Part shown: positions 13,726 to 26,605 of the stretch, in pieces
Numbering within the stretch: the first letter of the stretch is position 1
Layout: every line of letters begins with the position of its first letter
Source of the DNA: Nageia nagi
Lineage: Eukaryota > Plantae > Pinophyta
Reading direction: 5' to 3'
Length of the DNA: 64,000 nucleotides
NCBI GenBank assembly: GCA_050084985.1
Contig: JBITNC010000001.1
Location: 5,332,001-5,396,000, forward strand
Notes under the pieces: model-generated
The model's database searches: none
What the model saw: only the letters and a program-made list of their open reading frames with translations
Told to the model about the DNA's origin: nothing
Position numbers and translations under genes: made by a program

Positions 13726-14885
13726 CGGTATCAAAGGTTGGTTTGGTTGAAGGGTTTGAATAAGCCTATGATATTTGTAGTAATTTATTAAATTAATATT
13801 TGAGATTTTTATCTTGTTTATTAACCTATAATGGCCAACAACATAAAGTTCCTTCCCATTCTAGAGTTTGATAGAGCAGGCTATGAATACTAGAGCATAA
13901 AAATAAAGACTTTATTAATGGGAAAAGGTTTATGGGATATTATTGAAGATGTCTACGCTAAAGAAAATAATTGGAGAACACTCTTCAAGATATTAATAGG
14001 AAAATAAGGAAGGAGACACATACGAAGAATTATTTAGCTCTCTATCATAATTAATCTACATTTGAGAAGAGAATATTTCCAAGAATTTTTGGTTGCACAT
14101 TAGCTAAACAAGAATGGAAGGCTTTGACATATGGATATCACAAAAGTGACTAGGTCAATCAAGTTAAATTACAAACTCCTAGAAGAGATTTTGGGAATTT
14201 GAAGATGCAAGAAAGTGAAGGTGTTGGAGATTATTATGTGAGAGTGAAGGTTGTTATCAACAAAATGGAAACTCTTAGAGAACTGCTAAATAAGTTATTA
14301 TCAAGAAGGTGTTAAGAACACTTACCCCCAAATGGCACCATACTGATATCATTATTAAAGAGAGATAAACTCTATCCACTCTATAATATGATCAATTGAT
14401 AGGCTCTCTCATGTCACATGAGGAAAGGTTGAAAGAAACTACTATTGGTGGTGTTGAGAAGAAAGCATTTTTTTCCAAGAAGACTAAAGAAAATTCTAGT
14501 GGATAAAGAAATGGAAATGGCCAAGGGAGAGATCAAAATTCTTATAAAGGAAGAGGAAGAGGTAGATGTGGTTAAAACTAGAAGAGGAAGAGCTAGAGCC
14601 AAAATTGATAAGAATAATATGTAATGTTACCATTGCAATAAATATGTACATTTTGAGAGAAAGTGTAGAATTAAGGTTTGTAATGAAGGGAGGAAAACCA
14701 ATTATAATGAAGAGGATACCATGGGTGATCAAAATTTATTCTTATCATATAATAAGGATAATAAGAATCTACAAGAGACATGGATACATGGTACATGATG
14801 TTCCAATCACATGATTGAACAATGTTTGAAGGATTAGTTTGAATAGGTTGAATTGAGATCTAATTTTGTGGCATTGAAGGGGGAG
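13726..14885 (+). mobile_element. Decayed copia remnant: PBS, gag, start of protease, then PPT
   Basis: Decayed PBS CGGTATCAAAGG at ~13726. From ATG 13831: MANNIKFLPILEFDRAGYEY*SIKIKTLLMGKGLWDIIED, VKLQTPRRDFGNLKMQESE, knuckle CYHCNKYVHFERKC, protease start WY..SNHM. GAAGGGGGAG follows at ~14876-14885. Confidence 0.8.
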
Positions 14886-15049
14886 TTACTATTGGAGGTT
14901 GTTGTGGTGGTTCAACTTATTTTACTTTTTATTGATATTGTTGAGAAACCAATTGTTGTGCTTTTATTAGCTCTTTTACCTTTAATTGATAAAAGGGACT
15001 AGTTATATTAGTTATTTATTCTTCGTGTTATCAAACATTTGATATAAGT

Positions 15050-16849
15050 AATCTATCCTTTATTCATTTGTGGCATTTTGAAAAGTTTAAGATTCTTGTG
15101 GATCAAATAAGATATTAATTTTGATACAATATTCTCCAATATTCCAATCATATTTCTTTACATAGGCTCTATTGAGTATGGAACTAATTTCTTATGTAGG
15201 ATCTCTAATTTTTTTAGGTTCTATCATAATTTTCTTACCTTTGTCTACTTGATGAACTTCATGCAACTTACCTTAATCAGCTGGTTCTTGATATTGTTTC
15301 AAGGGTCAGAAAGAATATTCGTAACATATGATCGATGGTAAGTAAAAAGAGGTTATACAATTAGAAATAGGTCTAGATTCACTAACTTTAAAAATATTGA
15401 CACCATGATTATAGTCTAGAATAGTGTTGGTGTTAGCTTTGCTAACTGAAGATATAGATGGTTTGTCATTTTCATATTGAAATAAATAATTTAAACTTTG
15501 TAGACTATTTGTTTCTTGATGTACATATATTATCACTTTTTGTTGAAATATATTGATAATAACTTGATAATATTTTTTTACTAATAAAATGGTCTAATCA
15601 TTTGTTAAGAAACATCAATTTAGTCACAAATTTTACATTAAGGGGAATGATATCCAAATTAGTTTAAGGTTCAAATGTTGCCAATTTATTTTCTAAATTA
15701 TTACTATTAACCTCTTCAACATTTTGTAAATTATACCTACTATACTCATTTTGCTTGAACTTATAGATTCAATTTTTTGTTGTTCTTGATCATTACAACC
15801 AAAGACAATAGTACTTTCTTCATAACTTTAACAATAGGATTTGGTTCTTCAAATTGTTCCTCAATATTATATATTCTTATACTTCTTATTTCATAAAAAT
15901 GAACCTTTACTTTTGAAACCTTAGGTTATTTTTCTAAAGGTAAAGCATTTTTAGGAATAAAAGCATAATAAACGATGGTGTTATCTTTTTGTTTCAAAAT
16001 ATTTATAAGAAAAATAGACAAATCTAAAGACAACAATGCAAAAGGATTCATGTTTATAAAAATAATGACTCCACAGAGAGAAAATTTGATCTCAACACAA
16101 AGCTAGTGTTTGATTGAAGAAGGTTGGGTTCATCAAAATGTATCTAAATAATTATTTACAATAATAAATAAAGTTAAATAAAGACTACTAATATAGGTGC
16201 AAATCACTTATCAAGATCCTAAATCCTAATACTAAGAAAGTGTGGACCTAATATAGTAGCAATCCTTTTAATGTCACTTGGTATGTAGTGGATTGGATTA
16301 GATTTAGGAAGAAGCAGATATAGATATGCAATGAATAAGATCAAAGCTCTTCCTCTTTTATATTTGTCACTCTATTGATCAAAGGAGAAAAATGCATATG
16401 TTGTAGTTGCAGATCACCAACATTACATGTGTTATTCTTATTGTAGTATTAGGGTATATAAAGATAATAGTAAGTATCATAAAGCTCAAAACATAACATA
16501 TTCTCAAATAGGTGGTATCAAAAGATATTGATAGTATGAAGTGATGTAGTGATAACCACCTATCATGGAGATCCGATAAGTATTATCAACCTAGGTTCTT
16601 CCTTTTATATTTACAAAGATATAAAAAGAGGTGATGATCAATATTATATAAAAATAATAATATAATATTTCCAATATCAAGATATATCTAGATGCAATCA
16701 TGATTAATGATATTACTTGGAACTTAGCACATGATATAATACTTTATTAGCAAATTAGCCTTGATTCTTATATAATTGGTAATTATCCTTTTAGATACCT
16801 AGAATATGATTTATTAATTAATAAGAAATCATATTTAAGTGTATAAACT
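15050..16849 (-). mobile_element. Heavily decayed Gypsy-like remnant with a tRNA-Trp-type PBS
   Basis: GTTGGGTTCATCA-AAA-TG at 16123-16140 matches the plant tRNA-Trp 3' end GTCGGGTTCACCA with two C>T changes; coding remnants very weak; limits approximate. Confidence 0.4.
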
Positions 16850-18200
16850 TGTAGCCCTAAAATCCCTGCATTATGAAACTAACACACACAAAGATGTTAT
16901 ATTAAAATAAGAATTAAAATATATACATAACCATGCTTTCAAATTTAAGTAAAATTGATTAGGATTTGTAAATAACTATTGTAGATGCTCTAATTATGTC
17001 TTAAACCTATGTAATATTTGAAATATCAAGATCCTAATGCAATCTAACAATTTTAGGGGACCTCCAACCCTAATCCTTTAAGGCCTTAGGGTAACTAGAT
17101 AACTTTTCTAAGTTATCCAATCTTGTGTGTGAGCCCCTTAATCCAAATTCGTATGGATGATAGAATATAGAAGCATGCCTATTATACAAAATGTGTTTAT
17201 GCCTAGAAATATAACCTTTAAAAAAGTATTTAGATAATTCTAAGAGATCTAACACATCGATTAATCTAGAATCCTAGAATAAAGACTAAAATCCTTAACA
17301 AATCAAGAATCTTAAATCCCTTAGATCCAAAAGGGTCCAAGGATACCCATAAAGTTTAGATTAGTTTTTGACTATAAATTTATCAAATATATGTGTTTTA
17401 AATGAAAATTAATATGAAATTAATCTATATGTATACTACATGTTTAAGGTGTAAATTTGTGCTCAAATGTACCTCAACAAGCTTAAACTCACCAAAATCA
17501 TACACAAACTCATACATACATAACAATGCTTTACTAGGTGTGCACTCACCAAAATCTAGGTAAATATGACTTTAAATTTAGAAATAATAAACTAAAACCT
17601 TTCAAGAATAAAAATAAACCCCTAAATGCATCTAAATGGGTAGGGGGAACTCCTAGCCTAGGCCCTTTAAGGCACCTAGGTGAGCTTGGAGTGAATTTCC
17701 TCACTCCAAAGATGCAATGTGAGCCCCCAAGCCCTCAAATCAATGAGAACAAATGAAATTGGAATGCTTATTGTAAAAATGCTTATGTCTAGATGATATT
17801 TAAATAATTTTTATGGTGTATTTAAGCTATGGATATGATCTTTACACTTTTATATGGTCAAAAATGAAATCTAGTGCATGAAACTTCAAAAAACCTTCAA
17901 ATGCTTTAAAATTAAAAAGATCTTTAAAGATCCTTGGATCAGGATGATCCAAGGATACCCATGAGATCCAATGGATGTATATAACTTGTATTTATGCTAT
18001 TATGAGTTCAAAATATAATTTTAATGGTGGAAATCCAAACTAATATGATATTAGCCTAACAAAATACTACATGCACACAAATTTAGTGGAGGATACAAAT
18101 GTACATCTTCCAAATCTCTTCCATGGTTTTGATCTCTTCAAATCCCTACAAAATCCTTAAGTACACCAAATATATGAAATAATAACTCAATTCAATCATG

Positions 18201-20388
18201 AAATCATCATAGAAATGTTACCTATCCTTCATTAGAGCTAGCTTAATGAAGTTTTATGGATGATTTGGGGAGTAAACCCTTGAAATTTTCAAACGTAGGT
18301 TCAAACCCTAGCTTGATCACTTGAGAGAGAATTAGGAGCACAAAATCACTTAAGATAAATTTCAAAATTAGGAGCACAAATGAATTAGAAGTAAATGAAT
18401 TAGCAGGATTTTCTAATTTTTGCATTGAGTTTTATACTCCTTTAGCCAACTTAAGTGAATAATTCTAGATACCCACTTTTGCTTTATTTTTGTATTAAAA
18501 TCACTTTTTGCTCTAATTTAACTTTTTTAGTAGTTTGATTTTGCATGAATAAATATTAGGATTAAATCAATAATGCATTTAAAAAATATCAATGTCATAA
18601 AATACATCTACTCAAAAAAGTATTATTTTTCGGTGTCTACATTTTGCCCCTGTTGGAGTAAGTCTTTTGCATAAAAGACTTATTTCAGCAAGTGTAGATA
18701 CATGAATATTAGTTAGAAGAACATTTTAAATTTGAACTTGAAAAATGAAACTTTGTGTACAATACTAAATTGAAAAATTTTAGTTTTTGAAGTTGAAAAT
18801 CTATAATACTAAATTGGAAATTTGTCCTTTTGAAACTTGGAAAATTTACAATACTAAATTGGAAATTTTTGTCTTTTTGAATTTTGAACACAAATGCTAA
18901 ATTGGAAAATTTTTCAATGCTAAAATTTCTAAAATCACCATAGGCATGTTACCTATACTTCATTAGAGGTAGCTTGATGAAGTTTGATGGATGATTTAGA
19001 GAGTAAACCCTTGAAATTTTCAAACTTAGTTTCAAACCCTAGCTTGATAACTTGAGAGAGAATTAGAAGCACAAAATCACTTGAGAGAAATTTCAAAATT
19101 AGGAGCACAAATGAATTATAAGTAAATGAATTAGTAGGATTTTCTAATTTTGCATTGAGTTTTATACTCCTTTACTAACTTAAGTGAATAATTCTAGATA
19201 CCCACTTTTGTTTTATTTTTGTATTAAAATCACTTTTTGCTCTAATTTAACTTTTTTAGTAGTTCAATTTTGCATGAATAAATATTAGGAGTAAATCAAT
19301 AATGCATTTATAAAATATCAATGTTAGAAAATACATCTAATTAAAAAATTATTATTTTTCAATGTCCACATTTTGGCCCTATTGGAGTAGGTCTTTTGCA
19401 CAAAAGACTTAGTTCAACAAGTGTAGATACATGAATATTAGTTAGAAGAACATTTTGAAATTTGAACTTGAAAAATGAGACTTTGTGTACAATACTAAAT
19501 TGAAAAATTTTAGTTTTTGAAATTGAAAATCTATAATACTAAATTGGAAATTTTTCCTTTTGAAACTTGGAAAATTTACAATATTAAATTGGAAATTTTG
19601 CCTTTTTGAATTTTGAACACAAATGCTAAATTGGAAAATTTTCCAATGCTAAAATTTATGAAATCACCATAGGCATGTTACCTATCCTTCATTAGAGGTA
19701 GCTTGATGAAGTTTGATGGATGATTTAGGGAGTAAACCCTTGAAATTTTCAAACTTAGCTTCAAACCCTAGCTTAATCACTTGAGAGAGAATTAGAAGCA
19801 CAAAATCACTTGAGAGAAATTTCAAAATTAGGAGCACAAATGAATTAGAAGTAAATGAATTAGTAGGATTTTCTAATTTTGCATTGAGTTTTATACTCCT
19901 TTAGCCAACTTAAGTGAATAATTCTAGATACCCACTTTTGCATTATTTTTGTATTAAAATCACTTTTTGCTCTAATTTAACTTTTTTAGTAGTTTGACTT
20001 TGTATAAATAAATATTAGGAGTAAATCAATAATGGATTTAAAAAATATCAATGTTATAAAATACATCTACTCAAAAAAATATTAGTTTTTAGTGTCTACA
20101 TTTTGCCCCTATTGGAGTAGGTCTTTTGCACAAAAGACTTAGTTCAGCAAGTGTAGATACATGAATATTAGTTAGAAGAGCATTTCAAAATTTGAACTTG
20201 AAAAATGAAACTTTGTGTACAATACTAAATTGAAAAGTTTTAGTTTTTGAAATTGAAAATCTATAATACTAAATTGGAATTTTTTTCTTTTGAAACTTGG
20301 AAAATTTACAATACTAAATTGGAAATTTTGCCTTTTTGAATTTTGAACACAAATGCTAAATTGTAAAATTTTCCAATGCTAAATTTTT
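18201..20388. repeat. Three tandem ~730-bp units, each made of LTR terminus + PPT + 3' UTR
   Basis: Unit starts at 18201, 18932 and 19661; LTR-end/PPT junctions at 18641, 19370 and 20100. Confidence 0.92.
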
Positions 20389-23022
20389 TGATTTTGAGAT
20401 GCATCATTGAATACCAACTTCCCATCATCTATAAAGCTTTGAAAAACTCTCCTCAAAGTCAAGCACCAATCAGTACTATATCCTTGTACTCTATGAAATT
20501 CATAAAATTCATCATCTTTGTACCAAGGTTTTAATATCAAACTTGGATCCCATTTCACTTTTAGCAATATTAGTAATTATGCTTCATTTAAACTTTTGAA
20601 TATTTGATTCAAAGCCTCATTCAATGGTGTAAAAGTTTTATACATCCTGGAAGACTACCCATGTTCTTGATTTTGATATTGATTCTGATTCTTTTCATTC
20701 AATTGATCCTATTGCACATTTTGCACTTGAGGTGGTGATGGTGCTTGAAGAATTAGTTGATTTACCTAAGCCTTATCAAAAGTATTTGCATCATTCTAAG
20801 TTGAATTGTATCCTCTATTATGATTATGTGAATGGTTTTCCTTTTTTTCCAATTTGATCTCTCCATTTTGAACCATGACCTCCTCTATAACCTTTGCTTG
20901 GGAAATAGCTTCCTAAAAATTCCTATGCTATTGGATTTGAAAATGTGTGGATATTTGTCTAATACAACTCTTACTAAAAAGTCTGACCAACTCCTCTTGA
21001 GGAAAAGAGAAGTTCAAATCCGTAATCAAATATCATCACCTAGAAACATAATCAGAGATGAATTCTTGATCAAATTGAGATAATTTCATCAAATTTGAAA
21101 TGGAATCCCTCTTATTGATGTTGATAAAAAACTTTTCAAGAAAGATATTTACAAGTTCCTCAAATTATCACAAGCTATGTTGTGGAAGAGAATTATATTG
21201 ATTCATATCTTGTCCCCCAAGAGTCATAGGAAAACTTCTTAAAAGGAGGGCATCATCGTGTGCTATCAAATAAAAAATAGATTTAAAGTGCCTCAAATGC
21301 TCTTTTGGATCCTCCTTACTCTTGAACTTGTTTATCTTAGGCATCTCAAACTTCTTGGGGTAAGTTCTTATGGGATAGAAGGATGTATAGGCTCATTACA
21401 AATCTCCCCATAACTCACTTTAGATGAACTTGGATTATATGCTTTAGTCTCTATTTATTTCAACATTCTCATGATTTGACTTTCCTCATTCATGCTAGGC
21501 ACTCCAAAAGATGAATTTGGTCCACCATGGGATGGGTTTGATCATCATAATTATGACTTTTTTATTTAATGAACTCATTTGTCTCTCAAAATTATATGCA
21601 TTGGGGTTATAAGAAGTGACTTGGTGATCGCAAGATTACCCTTGTGTATTATACCCAAGATTCTAATTATAAACTTGTTGTGGGTCTTGAGTTTGGAATC
21701 GAGTATTAGGACATTGATTTGTTTGTACATTTTGACTACTACCTTGTTACATACCATACCCTTATCCTTGATGTGTACCATGTGACATATTATAATTTTG
21801 ATTTTCATGTGAATCAACCAATTATTTTTTATACATAAGTGCTTGTAGGTTTCCAATCAATTTTTGCATGTCCTCTATGGATGAATTTGAGGAACCTTGT
21901 TGGGTACTAGATGAATTGGTATTTGGAGTAGAATATGTTTGAAATGGAATGTTTTGGAAATGAGTCATAACTTGGTTTGGCACACCTTATGTATTATGAA
22001 ATGGAGGAATTTTAAAGTGGTTCATATCTTGGTCTAATCCACCTTGGTTTCTTCCACTTTGGGTATTATGAAATTGCACAAAAGGTTGACCAAGGCTATC
22101 CCAATCATCAAAACTAGTAGGGTTGGATTGATCAATATGAGGGGTTGAAGCTTGTGGATTAAAATTCCAAGACACTTAGTTTTGTGGAATTTGGAAGTTA
22201 TTAGTACTAGTGTTTTGGACATTAGGTGGAGTTTGAAAAGCAATGTTTTGAGGAGAATTAGCTTGATTGGAATTCATTGCTCTTTGGTGTGAAGGAGGTG
22301 TGTTATGTTAAACAACATTTTGAAAGTTTGGTTTACTATTTTAGAATAATTATCATGGTTCAACATTAGGGGGGTTGTGGTTGTGGTATGGTAGGCTTCT
22401 CTAGGGATAACCTTCTATTGACTATATCTTGTGCTTTTTTTATGTTATCTTGAAAATTGAAGCAAATCAAGATTTAGTTATAAGTCTTTTATAACCAAAG
22501 GTTCTTTATATGGTTGAGATGGATTAGGTTTTGAACTTTGGTTGGTAGGTAACATACAATCTTAAGGTGGGAACCAACCTTGGCCAAGATTTTGTGCAAT
22601 AGATGTTGTGGGAATGAAATTATCTTAAGGAATGGAGGGTTGGGAATTTTTCTTTTGTATATCATCCATCATATCTTAGTACCAATCCCTTTTATTAGGT
22701 TATTTTTTATATATATTTTGAGAATGTGAGTATGTACCAATAGAAGGTAATGGCACACTACCACCCATAAGAGTACTATAATACTTATCTAGCCACATCA
22801 GAGTATCTCTTGGCTTTCCATGGGATTGAGAAGAAGCTTGTGGTGAGGGACCACTTGTTTTGTTATCTTCCTCCATTATCTTATCCCATTGTTGAGGTGT
22901 GAGTTTTGGATTACTTGTAGTACTTTATAAAACCTAATGGATTGTTCATCAATAGTAGCTTTAGGTTCCTTTTTCTCTTCACTTTCCTCCTTTTGTTTCT
23001 TTAAAGCTCTTGTGTCTACCAT
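20379..23022 (-). pseudogene. Decayed Tat/Ogre-type gag
   Basis: Start MVDTRAL at 23022; capsid motif YPKKFEMPKINKFKSKEDPKEHLRHF...DDALLLRSFPMTLGG at ~21150-21400; zinc-finger-like PWYKDDEFYEFHRVQGYSTDWCLTL..FIDDGKLVF at 20379-20567; many stops and frameshifts. Confidence 0.8.
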
Positions 23023-24289
23023 ACCATAATGGTGGAATTCTCATACCAAAATGGATCCATTATAACTTGACTACAAGGTAACACTTTTACAATTATGAGA
23101 ACAATGAAACTAAAAGTACAAACAAATGAATGAAACAAAAACTCAGTATAAAGATTACAATTTTTTTGAAATATTTAAATCATTTTTAGTGTGATGCAAA
23201 TCTAACACAAATACCTAGGATGCAATGCATACACTATATGAAGATAGCAATGTTTAAGATAGCACTTTTTTATTATCTTTTTCTAATTTTCTCTTGGTCC
23301 AATTTGACTCTTTATCTTTTTAGTGTAGATTAATTTTAATGAAATTTTTAATTCCAACATAACCTTGTTTATGTTTCCCTAGACCCAATGATTCTATTCA
23401 AGAGTTTATCAAGGTAAGGATCAATCTCTTGGGGTGTAGAACATTTTACAAGTGTATCTCAAGTACCTCTATTGACACTTATCATCAATAAAGGGGGCCT
23501 CCCACCTTGGTAATGAAATCCAAGTATGTGTTAGGCCATGGTGATGAAATCCACTTACCCTAGTCACTCCCTAGGAATGTGAAGGAGTTTAGTACAAGAA
23601 AGCAAATATGAGATGCACACTACTCCCTCATAAATGATTGGCAATCCCTTCCAAGGTATGCTCTTTTTGATAACTTTTTGCTTTTTCAAAATGGAAATGA
23701 AGAAAAAATGATTTCAATGGATACAACAAAGAGTAAACAAGTTCCCAACAATAAGAAAACCCTTAATTCAATATATAAATTTAAAACCCAAAGTAGATTT
23801 TTGTGTGTGTATGCAATAATACCCCCAAGAATGAATGAAATTTCACTACTACACAACTCAAGCAAAGCAAGCCTAGGTTGCACCAAGCAAAGAAACTATA
23901 TTGACAAGGTACAAAAAAAGATTCAAATTCTAATCTAGATAAGAACATTCCCTCCTACTCCAAGTGTATAGCAAGTAGGTTACAAGTCCCTCCCAAAATG
24001 AGAGATCTTTAAACAACCTAATGCCAATCACCAAGTCAAATAAGCAAAATATAAACAAACAATGGATGCACACCTTAACATAGGTGTAAATACATCCCTT
24101 ACAATGTTACAACATTATTTTTGGCTATGAAAAGCCAAAAAAATCACTTCCTATTACAAATTTGAGACTAAAATTTTGAAAAAACCAACTTCATGTTCGT
24201 AGACACAATAAGTACTACATATCATTTGAGTTTTCTAAGAGAAAAAGACCTTTTCTTAGAGACATAGTATGTATGGGAACTTTTTTGAA

Positions 24290-24572
24290 ATGCAGTGCAT
24301 CTAGGACTAAGCATAATGCATTTGGGAAGCTATGGACCAGAAGCAGTATGTTTGAGTGCTAGATGTAGTGCATCTAGGGCTAGACAAAATGCATTTGGGT
24401 GCTTGTATGGCTAGATGTAGTGCTTCTAGTTGGATACATAGTGCATATGGGAAAAATATTTTTTTTAGCTCTAAAATAGGCCTACAACTCTCCTACACCT
24501 CTCTGCAAAATCTGATGTCTACTCAAAGATGCAGTGCATCTGGAATGAGAAGCAATAGGTACTACATCTAGT
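24290..24572. repeat. Cluster of decayed ~19-bp palindromic repeats in the Gypsy 5' leader
   Basis: Recurrent (C)TAGATG(C/T)AGTGCATCT(A/G)G variants. Confidence 0.65.
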
Positions 24573-26105
24573 AAAAATGGACAAATCTAGAATCTAAACT
24601 TTTATATATAATCTACCTCCATCATTAGGCTTTCCTATCAAAATTCCACTCAAAATTATATGTATATAAGATAGGATTTACTTGTTTTTCCCACTTAGGT
24701 GGGTGAAAATCAAGAAAACCCCAAAATGAGTAAATCTTACAAATTAAAGGAGAAAGGTGAAGAGAATACCAAATTTGCAAGTTGTAGTAGATTCATGTTG
24801 GGTTCAATAATTAATGTAACATAAATTTATGATCAAATATGCCTCAAAAAGCTTAAACTCATCAAAATCATTAACAAAATCATACATACATAACAATACT
24901 TTACTACGTGCACACTCACCAAAACCTAGGTAAATATGGCTTAAAATTTCAAAATAATAAACTAAAACCTTGCAAGAATGAAAATAAACCTCTAAATGCA
25001 TCTAAATGGGTAGGGGGAACTCCTATCCAAGGCCCTTTAAGGCACCTAGGTAAGCTTGGAGTGAGTTTTCTCACTCCAAAGATGCAATGTGAGCTCCCAA
25101 ACCCTCAAATCAATGAGAACAAACACAAATGGAATGCCTATTGTGCAAATATTTATGTCTATATGATATTTAAATAATTTCTATGGTGTATTTAAGCTAT
25201 GGATATGATCTTTACACTTTTATATGGTCAAAAATGAAATCTAGTGCATGAAACTTCAAAAAACCTTCAAATGCTTTGAAATTAAAAAGATATTTAAAGA
25301 TCCTTGGATAAGGTTGATCCAAGGATACCCATGAGATCCAATGAATGTCTATAACTTGTATTTATGCTATTATGAGTTCAAATTATAATTTTAATGGTGG
25401 AAATGCAAACTAAATATGATTTTAGCCTAACAAAATACTACATGCACACAAATTTAGTGGAGGATACAAATGTACGTCTTCCAAAGCTCTTCCATGGTTT
25501 TGATCTCTTCAAATCCCTACAAAAACCTTGAATACACCAAATATATGCAATAATAAATGAATTCAATAATGAAATCACCATAGGCATGTTATCTATCCTC
25601 CATTAGAAGTAGCTTGATGAAGTTTGATGGATGATTTGGGGAGTAAACCCTTGAAATTTTCAAACTTAGCTTCAAACCCTAGCTTGATCACTTGAGAGAG
25701 AATTAAAAGCACAAAATCACTTGAGAGAGAATTAGGAGCACAAAATCACTTGAGAGCAATTTCAAAGTCACTTTTTTATCTAATTTAACTTTTTTAAGTA
25801 GTTTGATTTTGCATGAGTAAACATCAGGAGTAAAATAATAATGCATTTAAAACATATCAATATTATAGAACACATCTACTCAAAAAAGTGTTATTTTTCA
25901 ATGTTTACACATGCACCAAAAGCTTAGAATAAGCGAGACACTAGTAAAAGGATATAATATCTTCCAAATCCTTGCAAGTTATATGGTTGAATCTAATAAA
26001 AACCTATAAAAAATTGAGATATAGTTAATCCAAAGAAAATCCATCATGAAAGTTACCTTCAAATTTGGATCTATGGAGGTAGTATGAGAAAATAATGGTA
26101 GATTG

Positions 26106-26605
26106 TGTTGGAATGTATAATGCATTATTGTAAAGGTTATGTAATAATCTTCTATGTAAGTTCACTAATAATTAGGGGTATCATTTGATATCTTAAGTAT
26201 TTAAGTGAATATGATAATGTAACTTGTCCTACACTCCATTTCATGAGCATGCCCCTTGGGTAAAAGGATGTGCATGTCATGCTTTTGTACATTGGATAAA
26301 AGGGTAATCCAAAGAGGGATTTTGGACTATAAATATAAGGCTCCCTCTTTGTGATTAAAACACCAATTTGAGAAGTAAATTTATGCTATAAGATAGTGTT
26401 TAGGAGAAAAATTTAGGAGGATTGTAAGAGTTCATATTTGTTAAGAAGAGAGATCTAGTTAGTGGATGTACTCCTAGTTGGAGGAACCACTTACATCTTG
26501 TGTTATCTTTGTGAGATTGCTTTGTGAGTTTGTTAGATGTGTATTGTGAGCTTTCATGTGATCTTGGGAATATAGAGTTGTTTAGTTTATACTTCAATTG
26601 TCTCA
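26106..26605 (+). mobile_element. Solo copia LTR (family of the 419-920 LTR)
   Basis: TGTTGGAATG...GTCTCA, 500 bp, similar to 419-920; flanks GATTG/TATTG (4/5 TSD); no adjacent PPT or clear PBS. Confidence 0.8.

Larger units (their letters stand above)
16850..25909 (-). mobile_element. Non-autonomous (gag-only) Tat/Ogre-like Ty3/Gypsy element with long LTRs
   Basis: LTR copies ~16850-18641 (TGTAG...CTACA) and ~24815-25909 share ~1.1 kb. PPT CAGGGGCAAAA precedes TGTAGACA on the minus strand. Trp-type PBS at 24790-24809. Gag remnants present, no pol. No matching TSD found. Confidence 0.8.
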
